From Octopus sinensis (Eukaryota), in contig NC_043001.1 of assembly GCF_006345805.1 (NCBI RefSeq), positions 10,478,001-10,542,000 of the forward strand: a DNA stretch of 64,000 nucleotides, written 5' to 3'. The position numbers and the translations under genes are program-made. The first letter of the stretch is position 1, and each line of letters starts with the position of its first letter. The notes under the pieces are model-generated. The model was not told the origin of the DNA and did not search any database. It saw nothing but the letters and a program-made list of their open reading frames with translations. Below, piece after piece: positions 24,627 through 37,372 of this stretch.

Positions 24627-27600
24627 GTAAGTACTTTGAAAGTTACCAAAATTGTTAGAAATTTAATATTATTTACCATATTTATTTGTGCTGCAGGAAA
24701 TTTAATACCAAACATGAGGTCATAATTCTGGGTTGCAATCACATTTAGGAGTAAAAAATAGATAAGAGGATAAAATATATCACTGAATTTTAGGTGTAAA
24801 AAAAAAACGTGTGCATGGTGTGTATGTGGGGGGATCTTGTGATATTTGAAATCACATTGTACTGAAGTAAATACTGTATGTGTTTTGTAGGGGATATGTT
24901 GAATATATTATAGGTATTGATTTTGATCACCAAGAAAGAAAGATTTCTTTTTTTTCTAATATTTCTGATGACAAGCTGTAAAGGATTATTAAACGTTATG
25001 GTACCTAAACCATGTGAAAAAAATTTCTATCATAGATTTAAAGTTATAGTTTGTGGTTTTTTCTAAGTAAATGTAATTAAATGCACTCTTGGAATGTAGG
25101 TTGTCGAGAAGAAAGCTCAGAGCTGTTACTTTCAGTTAGTATTCTTATATCACGGTGCTTAATAATTTAGGTGTATACAGGGTGTAAATTAATTCTTTCA
25201 TTATCCAGCAGGCTGAAGATATTGTACACTTGGTCATTGCTAAACAAGATAAATATAGGTGGAGTTATGTTCTGTATTTATAGATCTGTATTGTGTGCTA
25301 TTTTAGATGTAATCAGTTTTTTTTCCTTTTATATATTTACATGCCTTCTGGGTTTATTTGGATTGAGTGCTATTTGTAAATTTGTGCATTTGCATAAACT
25401 GTCAGGGCAAATCTTCTTTACAGTTAGTGGTTGCAAAACATAATATTTACTATGTAACTTGTTATTCTATTTAAAATTTTCCTCATTACTACTTTTACTG
25501 ATCAACAGCAAGAGTTTGTTGTTTAACTTAGTATACTCTGTCTCATTCATGATTATTTTATGCTCACATTAACTTGTATCTAGTTTTGCATTCTATTTCA
25601 AACATTTTACAAATGTTGTTTGAAGCAGTAATGTTTGTCGTTTTGCAGAAGAAATGAAAAATAGCTACATTTTTGCTTGGCAAAGTTCACGAAAAAGTAT
25701 TTCTACTAGATAGGGGGAAAAAAATCTTCACTATGTCATTATTCAACATCTTTCTTGTCAAAAGGAAATTTTCTTTTTTCTTTTATTTTTTTTTGCTGGT
25801 AGACCTAAATTTCACAGCAGTTTTCAATCATGAAAACTTAATGAAAAACTTGTAATATCATGAAAACTTTGGAGCCAGCTGAGAGAAATGGTTTTTCTTT
25901 TTTCTAACACTATTTGAAAGCATTCATATTATGGGCTGTGAACACTAGATTTTATAGACATCATCAGACTCATGTGTAAAGTGTACAGTTTTAGTTTCAT
26001 TTAAATCGTTAAAACTCTCTGGGCATAAATATTTCCAATCTATTTGAAATAAATCAATTTTACATTGTATTTCTAGCTCTGCTGCTCTTCCTCCCACAAA
26101 CCGTCGAAATAATATTAAAGTTTTCTTGAAGAAATATAGCCTAAAAGCCCAGGAGTTATTTATCAATTTATTTTGGTGTATTTCACTTGGAAACAACAAA
26201 TATATAAAAGTTTTAATATGTATTTATTTTATGTGTGTATTTATTTTTATTTTGTGGTTTTTATTTGTTGTTTAAGTTCAAAATCTATTGAAAGTTCATA
26301 GGTATTTGGCAAAAATTATAGAGAAGAAATGAATATAGATGAAATGAGGTCCAAAAGTTGAAAGTCACTTCTAAATAATATTTGTTTGATAAAGATATAT
26401 CTTGGAAAGCTTGACTTGACAAGTAATGGCCTATGCTGGCTCTGAAGATTAATTATAGAAAGGGGAAACAAGAATGTGCTGCCTCTTGAGGAGGACAAAA
26501 ATGGTAAAAATATTCAGCAATAAACAAATCAAAAATTTGGAGGTGGAGAAATCAATAAAAGGTAGGAGTGGAAAGAGAAAAATTGATATCACCGAGTCTC
26601 TGACAATGAGGGGTCATCTGATGTTTGGAAATCTTGCTTAAATCTAACGCTATATCTTATAAAGGAAAGCCAGTCTGATGATATAACAAAGAGGCTCCTC
26701 TCTAACCTTGTCTATCGATCATGACATCCACAAGAAGATTTCGTCTCAGATATCTACCAGTCCCTGAAGTTATTGGATGATGAGGCAATTGGCTGTGGCA
26801 CGGTGATAACAATCTACACACACACACACACACACATGCAAGCGATGTCAATATATCATGCTTGTATGTGTGTACAAATGAGCATTTGTACACATATGTA
26901 TGTAACTGTACTTGTATGCATGCGTGTATATATATATATATATATACATGCTCACAAGTATGTGTGTGGAAGTGTGAGTGAGTATAAACTTACGTGAATA
27001 TCGCATAAGTTGATACTTGCCTTTATTTTGTAGCTGTAAATGTATTAATAATTTCCAATATATATAAATATATTGTAAAAAAATAAAATCAGATTCTTTA
27101 TCTCCCTCTGATCAATTTACTTCACTTTTTTTCTTTATTCCTCTTTCAATTTACATTTTATGAACATTTTTAGGTGATATTTCTTTCAGTTGTTGAGTCC
27201 ACTTAAGCAGGTTCCCTATTAATCTTACATTATTATTATTGATAACAATTTTATTTTTTTGCAAAGAAGAAAATTGATATATTCAATAAATAATTTTAAG
27301 ATTAAGGTTGGCTCATCAAGGCTTTTTTTTCTTCTTCCTCTCCTTCAAACTCCTACCATTTAAAATTAAGCCATTGTTTTTTTTTTTATTATAAGTTTGA
27401 AAATTGATAAACATTTATCTTCGTTGTTTATTATTACATCGTTTGTAATTTATATGGATAGCAAAACATTAACTTGCTTAACACAGATTCAATGAATAAT
27501 GTTGACATGATTTATTTTTCCATCTACATGTCTGGGGAGAAAAGGCACTGAGAGATTAATATGTATTGCTGAAATAGTTGGGAATTCCATAGTGCCTCTT

Positions 27601-27963
27601 GTAACGGAGGATTGTATACAATAGTTGGCATGGTATTTTTAGAGAAAAACTGTAGAGGTGAAGTAGTGCAGAGGATGTGGTTGTTGTAATTTAGGATATA
27701 GTCAATGCTGACTAGGCTAACCCATGTTCAAATGCATATCTCAGGGATTTCTTTTTTTTTTCCAGACTCAGTAGATGAGGACCACACTGTGCAATGTGTC
27801 TTTATTGTAAGATGGTTGAGTTTAATTCAAGATCATTGTTGAATGGAAAGGCATTCCAGTCCTGACCATTCCATCTGAAAGATTACATAATCCAATATGT
27901 TCTTCCTCTTGGCTGCTATTTTTAGCTGATTAAATAATCACATAGGTCTTTGTGATGGTATAA

Positions 27964-28416
27964 CCCTTTCGATACCAACCCAACTGAAACCACCTCTGGC
28001 ACTGTAGTACAAATGACTTGTTTTTATAAGTTTTGAATTAAAATCTTCCACCAAACCTTAATCACAATTTATGTTCCTAACTCTAGCTTAATGAAAACTA
28101 AGTTATTTTACTAATTGAAAGAAACTCAGAGCATCTCAACAGAAATATTGTAACAAAAGGGTTAAAATATATAATAGAGAAACAATTCTTAACCCTTTCG
28201 ATACCAACCTGACTGAAACCGGTACTGGCTCTGACTAGTACAAATGTCTTGTTTCCATAATTACTGAATTAAAATCTTCTACCGAACCTTAGTCACAATT
28301 TATGTTCCTAACACTAGCTGAATGATAACTAAGTTATTTTAATAAATTCTTTGTTGTATTTCAAAGTAAATGAAAGAAACACAGAGCATCTCAACAGAAA
28401 TACAGTAACAAAAGGG
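27964..28416. mobile_element. piggyBac-type MITE head-to-tail dimer (same composite as 1396-1871)
   Basis: Monomers 27964-28161 and 28193-28416; ttaa-aatatataatagagaaacaattc-ttaa spacer; TTAA at 28417-28420. Confidence 0.88.
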
Positions 28417-28598
28417 TTAAATTGTTTAGTGCGTGTACATCTACACAAAAGGTGGGCACCACCTTTTGAATAGATATACAAGCAATAAACAATTTAAAGT
28501 TTAAATTGTTATTGCAAAACTCATTTCTTTACCTTAAATCCATTTCAAATTGACTTGATTCTATCTTGGAACTATAAATTTTTTAAATCTAGGAAAAA

Positions 28599-28928
28599 AT
28601 TATTTACATTTAACTGATATTTGTCCTCATCTTCTTTGTTGTTAACACAACATTTCAGCAGATATACCCTCCAGCCTTCATCAGATGTCTTGGGGAAATT
28701 TTGAACCTGGCGTAATGGTTAAAAGTGCAGGATTCCCCAGGATTACAAATTCAGTTCCAGGCAGTCACCTAAATAATAATAATAATAACATTGAAAAATA
28801 CCTTAGGAATAAGAACCCAGGTTTGAAATTTCCCCAAGACACCTGATGAAGGCTGGAGGGTATATCAGCCAAAACGTTGCATTAACAACAAACAAGATGA
28901 GGACAAATATCAGTCAAATGTAAATAAT
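28599..28928. mobile_element. Inverted pair of Penelope-type terminal repeats, each with a hammerhead motif
   Basis: Arms 28599-28710 and 28817-28928 are reverse complements. The arm motif is gacac-ctgatga-aggctg..cagcc-(g)aaac-gtt-gtgtt. Confidence 0.75.
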
Positions 28929-29120
28929 GAACAAAGAATACCTCCACTATTTTAGATGTCATGTGTTCTTAACACTCATGAGTCACTGGTAGCAAGGGGA
29001 CTTTCAGACAACAGCAATCAGATATTCACATTTAAATCTGCCAGAATGGATTCCGAATGAATATCTACATGGTGGTCCATAAAGGTAGTACAGGGCTCTG
29101 TGAACTAAATTCAAAATTTC

Positions 29121-29123
29121 ATA

Positions 29124-29213
<90 letters not shown>

Positions 29214-29215
29214 TA
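29121..29215. repeat. (TG)n(TA)n(CA)n compound microsatellite
   Basis: Seen directly in the sequence. Confidence 0.95.
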
Positions 29216-29217
29216 CA

Positions 29218-29447
29218 CAGAGTTGGCCAAAAGTCAGCCGAAAGTAAATCAAAATTCCATAAATATTTAATATTCAATTTTATTTATTCATTTGGAAAGA
29301 GTGTGTCTGTCAAGGATTCAGCTTCAGCAATTTTCATGATGTTTCATATTTAGGTGCTTTTATTAAATTCATTCAGTTGTTAAACATTAATAAATCTTGG
29401 AATGAAAGGGTTTTAATTTACTGTCAGGTGTCTTTTGGCCATCCCTG
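29218..29447. mobile_element. Tc1/mariner-type MITE
   Basis: Imperfect TIRs of about 31 bp (cagagttggccaaaagtcagccgaaagtaaa versus reverse complement cagggatggccaaaagacacctgacagtaaa), embedded in (TA)n. Confidence 0.72.
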
Positions 29448-29519
29448 TATATAAATATATATATATATAATAAAATATTAGGGAATATTGTTAAACCTTG
29501 CTAAGATAAATATTTCAAT

Positions 29520-29582
29520 CACCTGAAGATTGACTGTAACTCGAATTTTTACGAATTGGACAGCCATGAAACGATCGTAGTG
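29520..29582 (+). ncRNA. Minimal type-I hammerhead ribozyme motif (Penelope pLTR type)
   Basis: CAC-CUGAAGA-[stem II uugacugu...acagccau]-GAAAC-gauc-GUA-GUG. The core is intact, stem III is palindromic (ACGAUCGU) and stem I is 3 bp. Confidence 0.68.
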
Positions 29583-29704
29583 TTATACTCATTATCTTTT
29601 TTTAATAATTTTGATATATATTTAAAATAATATAAATGAATTAATCTTATGTATTGGCTTAAGTTTTTCATTGTATGATTTGCCTAATAGTGGTTTTATC
29701 TCTA

Positions 29705-29743
<39 letters not shown>

Positions 29744-30210
29744 ATAAACATGTTAAAAGGGGTCTATGGTCAAACTCATTTAAATAAAAGGGTTGGGAAT
29801 GACTGTTGGTGACCACTGCTGTAGATTCTCACTGTTCTATGCATTCAAAAGACATCAGCAATTTCTTTGTTGGTTCCTTATAAACACTGAAATGGCATTC
29901 TTGTTAGATTCATGGGCCTGGTGTGAGACAATCGGTGAGGATAAAACACTACGGGGTCTCAAAGTGCCTCTACATTATTGTAAACACACATGGTGTAAAG
30001 CAAGGAGGTGTTCTCCAATAATGAAGAGCAACAGCGATCAGATTGTCTTGTCACAATCTTCCAGAAAATATTAAGAATGAACGTAGATGTTATTGAACCG
30101 TGAAATTTTGTTGTTTGAATGCTAAGTCTCAGTCAAATTGATCCTGATCAGTTTTAAATTCAAGCTCAGCCACTTATACCTTTGTTGTTATTTTTATTTG
30201 TTATTTTCAG

Positions 30211-30372
30211 ATTTAAACCCACCTGAGGAGCATGATGCAGCACCGCCTCAAGATTCCGATGACATGCCACTCATAATAATTCTTGTTGTTTGCATCGTTG
30301 GCATCTTCCTTTTAGCACTCAATATTGGTCTCATCATGTTCTTTATCCGCAGGAAAAGGAAACGCCTAGAAA
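30211..30372 (+). CDS. NPHS1: Nephrin-like exon F: juxtamembrane stalk, transmembrane helix and basic stop-transfer segment
   Basis: Acceptor ttattttcag| and donor a|gtaagt. Reads (H)LNPPEEHDAAPPQDSDDMPLIIILVVCIVGIFLLALNIGLIMFFIRRKRKRLE. 162 nt, phase 1 to 1. Confidence 0.95.
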
Positions 30373-31915
30373 GTAAGTCACTTTCCCTCTCCTTCCTCCT
30401 CTCAATTGCCGTTCTATTACTGTTAGCTTATTTTTCTGGAACAGACGTTAGCTTTCTCATGTTTATAAAATTATGGAATTAGAAGATACGATCTTTCTAG
30501 TTTATCAATGTTTTCTTCACAATAACATTCTTCAATTCAATGACTACGAGTGATTCTCGCAGAGTCATTTCGAATATTTAACGAGGTTGCAAAATATCTC
30601 CATTTCTCTTTTTTAATTTAGCTGTGAAATTACTATTTCATAATTTATTACCTTTATACTCTGCAGTGAAAGGGTCTGATACAAAGTTGCTGTTTTTTAT
30701 TCCTTCTTGTTTTCTTCCTTCTGTCTTAAGAATTTTGAACTATGTCAGTTTTTTAGACATTCGAATCTAATGTTATCTAATTATTGAATAGTTAAAATAT
30801 CTTGCTTTGATTGCTTAGGTAACTTGAAATTTAATCACTGTTTAAACCAAATCATCAATTTTAATTCACTGATTCCTGTTTCTGTCGCTTTGCTATTTGT
30901 AAAATTTTTAAGTACATGTTTAGAAAAGACAATAGCAGAAATGACTAAAAGCTCGTTATTTCGGTATTGATTACCAAATGTCGTAAGAATAGTGACAGTA
31001 ATTACTATACTGCTTCAGACCACATGGTTGTGATTTCAAATTTTACTTAAATCATTATTATGCTCCTGGGCAAGGCACATAATTCTGTTTCAAGTTTTTC
31101 ATTGATAAAAACTTGCATTTCTACTTCACAAGTTAATTGGTTAACAGTGGAAATGGCATCCAGCTATTGAAACAATTACTCCAATTCTGTGTGAATACAT
31201 CAATTAATTTTTTAAAAAGCATGTCTAACTAACGTTAGCTTAATAAGAGTAAAGATGAAACAGTTATAAATCAGTTAATCTAAATTACATTTCAAATAAG
31301 ATTGTATTCTGCAAAGATATATGTAAAGATTTGTGAATTGAGGCACGAAGCAGTGATTGAGAGTAAGCAAAGTTGTTAACCAGTTCAAGTATGTTTGAGA
31401 GATATTTAAAGGTTTTCCACATGAAGAGAATGGTGGGTGTCCAGAATTTTTTTGTTTTTTGTTTTTACCCTGTGACAAACTTCTGCAAAAAGATTTTATA
31501 AGTTCAGATATCTCTCACACACATTTTAACTGGAACCGAGTTTGTAGAAATGTATTTTGAATATTGGTTTTAAGTGATAATCTTCAAGTTTTCCATCCAC
31601 TTGTCTTCTTGTATAATTAGGAGTGCCTTAGTGCACATACATTGTTCACGTATTTATGCCGAAGAATTTCAATAAATGCTAAACTCTAGTTGACCACACC
31701 AAAAATTTTAATCTTCATTTAAAAGCTCTCTTACTAAATCTAAGCCAAAGCAAACAAATTATTACTCACTGTCCTTCCATAGCTTTCCACTCTCTGCTTT
31801 CAAACCTGCAGTACTATGCAAATCACCTGGACTCGCTCGGCTATTAACTGATATTTTACAAACTTAACGCAGTTATAGTTTATTTTGTTCTCTCTTAGTA
31901 TTCATATGATCAATT

Positions 31916-31918
31916 ATG

Positions 31919-31949
<31 letters not shown>

Positions 31950-31967
31950 TAATTATAACAATAAAAG

Positions 31968-31998
<31 letters not shown>

Positions 31999-32030
31999 TA
32001 TTATTATTATTATTATTATTATTGTTATTA
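31916..32030. repeat. Compound (AAT)n then (ATT)n microsatellite
   Basis: Seen directly in the sequence; the strand switches near 31998. Confidence 0.95.
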
Positions 32031-33329
32031 TTATAATATCTTTTATTGTTATTCCCTAGAATATTTTCTTACTTAACTGTCATCTCTTAATATTTTAAAT
32101 ATAGAATAAATCAAGCAACAATGAATTCTCCTTGGATATTTACAATACAGGCTATTCCCCCTTTTGTCCTTTATAATACAGGAAAGTGTTCACATACACT
32201 CACATCCACACGAATTTAAATAATTGTTTATATTGTGAGAAATAAAGCTTTATGACTATTAAAATAAAGGTTAATATTGGACAATGTTAGAGTTTATTGA
32301 AAATTAAATCTTTTGATTTTTCGCAAAGATCTTTTACATTTTTAGATCTATCGCTCTTTGCCTATCGGTACCGAAGCAATAAGCTAACTCCCCAATGAGC
32401 AGTTAGTTTAATCTTTCACTATAAAATCATAATAGTTAAGTCAGGAAAAATAACAATCAGCCAAATGCCATAAAATGTTTAAAAGCTATATAAATCTGAT
32501 TTTCTGATTGAAACAACAAGCCCATGCTCATTTAGATACATAGCTAGGTAGCATGGCAAATAACACATGAGAATTAGCTGGGAAAATTACCATTTTGGAA
32601 TATTTAATTTTTATCATTTATTCTTTATCATATTGTATTGTAACCGTTAACACCAAATTGGCTTAATATTACCTAAAATTCTTTTTACTGCATAAATTGA
32701 TAATTTAAATTTTTGAATGAAGATATATAAAACATTTTTTTTTGTATTTGTTTCTGAGTCTATCTTATGTGTGAGAATTCTTTTTTCTTTCTTCCTTTTT
32801 CTTTTTTTGCTTTTTTTCTGATTTTATTTCTTATAAACAGTAAAATAAAATGAGCATCAAATGTTATTTTCAGTTGCAGATCAGTGGTTCTTATACATTA
32901 TATTCTTCTTAGTTTATTTTTTTTTCTGTTTTCTTGTACTCTCATATGTATTACATATATAACAAAGCACAACTATACACACACACACACACACACACTT
33001 TTACATATCATCATTATTTCATGTTAGCTTTCCATGTTGGCATGGGTGAAAGGACCACTTATCATTTATACATTTCATTTTTAAATTCTGTTTCTATGGC
33101 TCAATGTACTTCCTCACAGCTGCCATTTTACAGAATGTTCTAGGTGCGTCCTCGACCACTCTAAAAGGCTGAAGCCTTCACACTTCACAGAGTGCAGTGG
33201 ATGCAGATTTTCCTGGCATCAGCACCAGAGATGTAGCCTTTTATCCCTGCAAGACCAAAGGTTCCTCTCAACCCTATGTTTCTGTTTGCTCATCAACCCC
33301 TTTACAGAATATTCTAGGTGGATGTAGTG

Positions 33330-34170
33330 TCACAAATAGTAGTGGATTTGGCCCATACTCCAAAGGTTGAAGGGTCTTGCCTCTCTCCTAATGTGTTTAT
33401 TGAGTGTAACCTGGCTGATGAGGGAACGAAAGATTGCAAGGTGAGACAGAGTGACAGGGTTGAGAGAGTTGTAAAAGGGGTGGAAGTGATATCAAATAAT
33501 GTAAGTGGACAAGTGGTAGTAGGGAATGATGGGATACTATACCAGCTTGTGTGAGAAAGGGAGAGAATATAGAAGGGGTAACTGTTAAACTGCTTCAGGA
33601 TGGGTGAGTGAGTTAGGATGATTAGAATAAGAAAAGGATGTAGTATTGGAGAGATGAGAGGTCCAGGTAGATCCAAAGGTCTCTGTAGTTAGATGAGAGG
33701 AACATACTAGAATGTGGAGAGACTCACTGCTTTCTTTAGACAGCCAAGTTCTGTGAGAATGGTAAAGAGAAGCAGGGCAGAGACAGGGGTTCTATGGGTG
33801 TGAATGAAAGATGAGTCAACACTAAATGATGCAGAAGATATAGTAGATGGTTGAACGATAGAGGAATTCTCAGTATTCTGAGATGTATACATTCAAGGCA
33901 ACTTGACCAACAGGACAGAAGGAAGAGCAATGATGCGAACTGGTTGAGGAGTATGATGGCAGACAGTGGACAGGTGGATGCCTGCCAGTACAGGAAGTGT
34001 GGATGAAAGTGGAATATACTGGGAATAGTCTTATAGAGACTACTCTTTTAAGAGAAATTGGAAAGAAAGTGGGTGAATCTTATATCAACAAATGGTACCA
34101 ATGACAGAGATAAGGGTGGAGGGAAAGTAAGTGGGTGTCAAGGTGCAGGGGAGACAGCTATAGTAGATAT
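33330..34170 (-). mobile_element. Probable decayed Penelope-like element, GIY-YIG end
   Basis: The C-rich reverse strand gives fragments FLLSCWSSCLECIHL (CxxxxCxxC-like knuckle), CLCPASLY and LTLQSFVP, in the order expected for PLE C-termini. Heavily frameshifted. Confidence 0.45.
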
Positions 34171-34249
34171 AGCAGCATGTATGCACATGCACACATGCAA
34201 TCTATACGACTTCCACCATTTTGTGTCTTTAGATTTACCATGCTTGTAC

Positions 34250-35160
34250 AGTTGGTGGGGTTTTTTTTTTGCCGTGATCTGGTATTTGCCATCCTTACAA
34301 ATTACCAATCAACACACCATCATCTCCTGCATGAGGTGCATCATCTCGAGATCAGTTTTGGCCACTTTTTCCTGCGTCTTTCTTGGTCTCCTTCTTCTAC
34401 TGGTTCCATTCACTTTGAGTGTGCAGAATATTTGCATATCTTTATACAGCCTTCATCTCCCATACATATCACACTTGCCTATATCAATACAGTCTTCTCT
34501 TAGCACACTAATCTGATTCCTTTTACATTCAACTTTCCTATCAACTCATTAATCCTCTGTCATTCATGCATGCTAACATTACACGTCCAGCAAAACATGT
34601 TTGCTTCATTTCTTTCTAGTCTTAGCAAATCCTCTATATTCAAGGCCCATGTCTCACTCTCATGCGGCATTGCTCTTTGCATACATCATACAATTCACTC
34701 TTCACCCTAAAGAAAAATTATCTTTTTCTTGCCAACTCTGGTCACTATGCTCTCAGAATACTCACCCCCACTGCTAATTAGTTCACCGTGGTAGCAGATG
34801 CTATAAAACAACTCCCTAGAGACCTTTCAATGTCATCTATTTTGCATTTGCTCTTTGTGTATATTGTCATTGTACACATGCAGTGTACTTCCTCTGTTAG
34901 CCTCTCTCTGATCCCTGTGCACCTCTTGTATGTCCATAGTTTATCAGATAGAATTCTCAATTACTTTGTTTGAATACAATGACCATGGCCATTTCCCTGG
35001 TGTCAGCAGAGCTCAATCTTCTCTCATGCTTGTTAAGTTAACCATAAGATCTGTCCTATGTTTTGCTTCCATATCTAGAATTTCTTTCCTACATCCTCTG
35101 CTGATTCCATTATAAGAACTCGGTCATCAGAATAAAGGAGCTGCCATAGAGAGCTATTCG
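34250..35160 (-). mobile_element. Decayed RTE-clade LINE remnant
   Basis: The reverse strand reads HESETWALNIEDLLRLERNEANMFCWTCNV, an RTE RT C-terminal signature. Confidence 0.82.
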
Positions 35161-35418
35161 CAAAATCTTCAAAGACTGTATGATTTATGTATTTATCCAT
35201 GTACACTGCATCGTCGTCACTATTATAACATCTACTTTTCTATGGTTGCATGGGTTAGATGAAATTTGTTGAGGCAAATTTTCAACAGCTGGATGCCCTT
35301 CCTGTAGCCAACCCTCACTTGTTTCCAAGTCAGGTAATATCTCCCTGTGGCCAGACAAGTATTCATTCAAGATTGGCAGCAAAGGACACCACTTGCATGA
35401 CAGCGACATTCGTCCACA

Positions 35419-35580
35419 ACCTATTTCTTTAGCCCACAAGGGGCTAAACACAGAGAAGACAAACAAGGACAGACAAATGGATTAAGTCGATTATAGCAAC
35501 CCCAGTGCATAACTGGTACTTATTTAATCGACCTCGAAAGGATGAAAGGCAAAGTCGACCTCGACGAAATTTGAACTCAC
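35419..35580 (-). mobile_element. SINE type 3b, 5'-truncated
   Basis: Tail cctatttcttt...ggctaaacacag through gaactca; the head is missing. Confidence 0.8.
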
Positions 35581-35795
35581 CATTAATATTCATGCTACCT
35601 TTTCAATCAGTGTCTCTAGTGATTGGTTTGAGACATGCAGTGAAGAGCTTTGAAGAGAATCCTTCCTGACTCTTACAGTAGAGCTTATCATACGTAAACA
35701 AAATACAAGTAGTCTGAAAGGATAGTACAAGGCCACAGAGTAGTAGGAAGTGAGGAAATTGAAGTGAAAGAGTACATCTTTACGAAACAGTAAGT

Positions 35796-36210
35796 AGGAG
35801 TGGCTGTGTGGCAAGTAGCTTGCTTACCAACCACATAGTTCTGGGTTCAGTCCCACTACGTGGTACCTTGGGCAAGTGTCTTTAACTATAGCCTTGGGCT
35901 GACCAAAGCCTTGTGAGTGGATTTGGTAGATGGAAACTGAAAGAAGCCCATCGTATATATGTATATATATATATATATATATGTGTGTGTCTGTATATGT
36001 TTGTGTGTGTGTTTGTCACCCCCCCCCCCTAACATCGCTTGACAACCGATGCTGGTGTGTTTAAGTCCTTGTAACTTAGCAGTTCGGCAAAAGAGACTGA
36101 TAGAATAAGTACTAGGCTTACAAAGAATAAGTCCTGTGGTCGATTTGCTCGACTAAAGGCGGTGCTCCAGCATGGCCACAGTTACATGACTGGAACAAGT
36201 AAAAAGGTAA
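35796..36210 (+). mobile_element. SINE type 2
   Basis: Matches 14406-14820. Confidence 0.9.
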
Positions 36211-36229
36211 AAAAAAAAGTAAGTATATG

Positions 36230-36650
36230 TTGAGTCATGAATGCTGAAATCTCTCCCAGAGTAAGAGATGGGTGGAAGGTATTTGCTTCAATAGAAGATA
36301 TGCTCAAAGCACAGCTTAACGAGACACTGCTTACCAATCTCTTTAATAGAAGTGTCCTGCCTGTTCTTCTATATGTAAGTGAAACATATGCTTAAAGATA
36401 GAAGAACAATGACTGGCTCTCGTGGAGAGGGTCATGGAAATATTCATAGTAGAACTGTCATTGTGGGATTATGTCTTAAATGTCATAATTCAAAAATGGA
36501 GTAAATGATGTGATGAAGGACATCAAAAGCACCAGATCAGTTGGGTCTGATGTGTTGAAAGGCTTATGGATTATAGATGCGCATTTGTTGTTGAGCAGCA
36601 TCCAAGAGATTGGGAGAAATCTTTTGGAAGACTTTGAAGAATGAAGGAAG
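36230..36650 (+). mobile_element. Decayed RTE-clade LINE remnant (second subfamily)
   Basis: EISPRVRDGWKVF...LFNRSVLPVLLYVSET matches the RTE pattern EI-RRI--GW-AF...FN--VLPVL-YG-ETW. Confidence 0.75.
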
Positions 36651-37152
36651 ATGACAGAGTGGAATAATTCCAGCCAAAATGTAAGAGAGGGACACAAAGG
36701 AAGAATGGAAACAGTGACTGGCAATATATAATGGCAACCGTTAGTATGGTTGGTAGAGCTATATAAGTATGTGTTTAAATAATTAGTAATTGGACTAGGT
36801 AGTGCTTGTGACTCTTTATAAGGCCTCCAAGACAGGTAAGAGGGAGGGAGCAGGGTATTCTCAAACCAGAAACTTGTTTTGAATACATCCAAATAGACAC
36901 CACTAAAGGTACTCGAGATACTAAAGGGTTGTCTTAAAACTGGGTAAAGGATTAAGCCTAGTGTCCACGTAGGTCATGGCGACATTGGCTCTTAGAATGT
37001 GAACAGCTGGAACAGATACTGCTAAACAACTGGTCCAGTATTCTCTCAATTTTTACCAATCCAACATCTTAGATTGCTACTTTTTATTGACTCTGACAAG
37101 ATGAAATCGGTGGGATTTCAGCCTCAGAATGCCAAGAGATGGAACAAATATC

Positions 37153-37372
37153 TATTTCTTTACTAACCACAAGGGGCTAAACACAGAGAGGACAAACAAG
37201 TACAGACAAGTGGATTAAATCGATTACATCGATCCCAGTGCATAACTCGTACTTAATTAATCGACCCTGAAAGGATGAAAGGTAAAGTCGACCTCGGCGG
37301 AATTTGAACTCAGAACGCATTGGCGGATGAAATACCACAAGGCATTTTGCCCAGTATGCTAACGATTCTGCC
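37153..37372 (-). mobile_element. SINE type 3b monomer with TSD
   Basis: gagatggaacaaatatc at 37136-37152 matches gagatggaacaaatacc at 37391-37407. An extra partial copy of the target sits at 37376-37390. Confidence 0.88.

Noticed and set aside
29793-30074. 93-aa ORF upstream of the TM exon
   Set aside because: No domain similarity. It is not needed to complete the protein, and it ends in a stop without a suitable donor.
30667-30685. Micro-exon candidate reading MKGSDT after exon F
   Set aside because: The donor is weak (gttgct) and the length shifts the frame; the resemblance to other nephrin tails is only a vague recollection that cannot be verified here.
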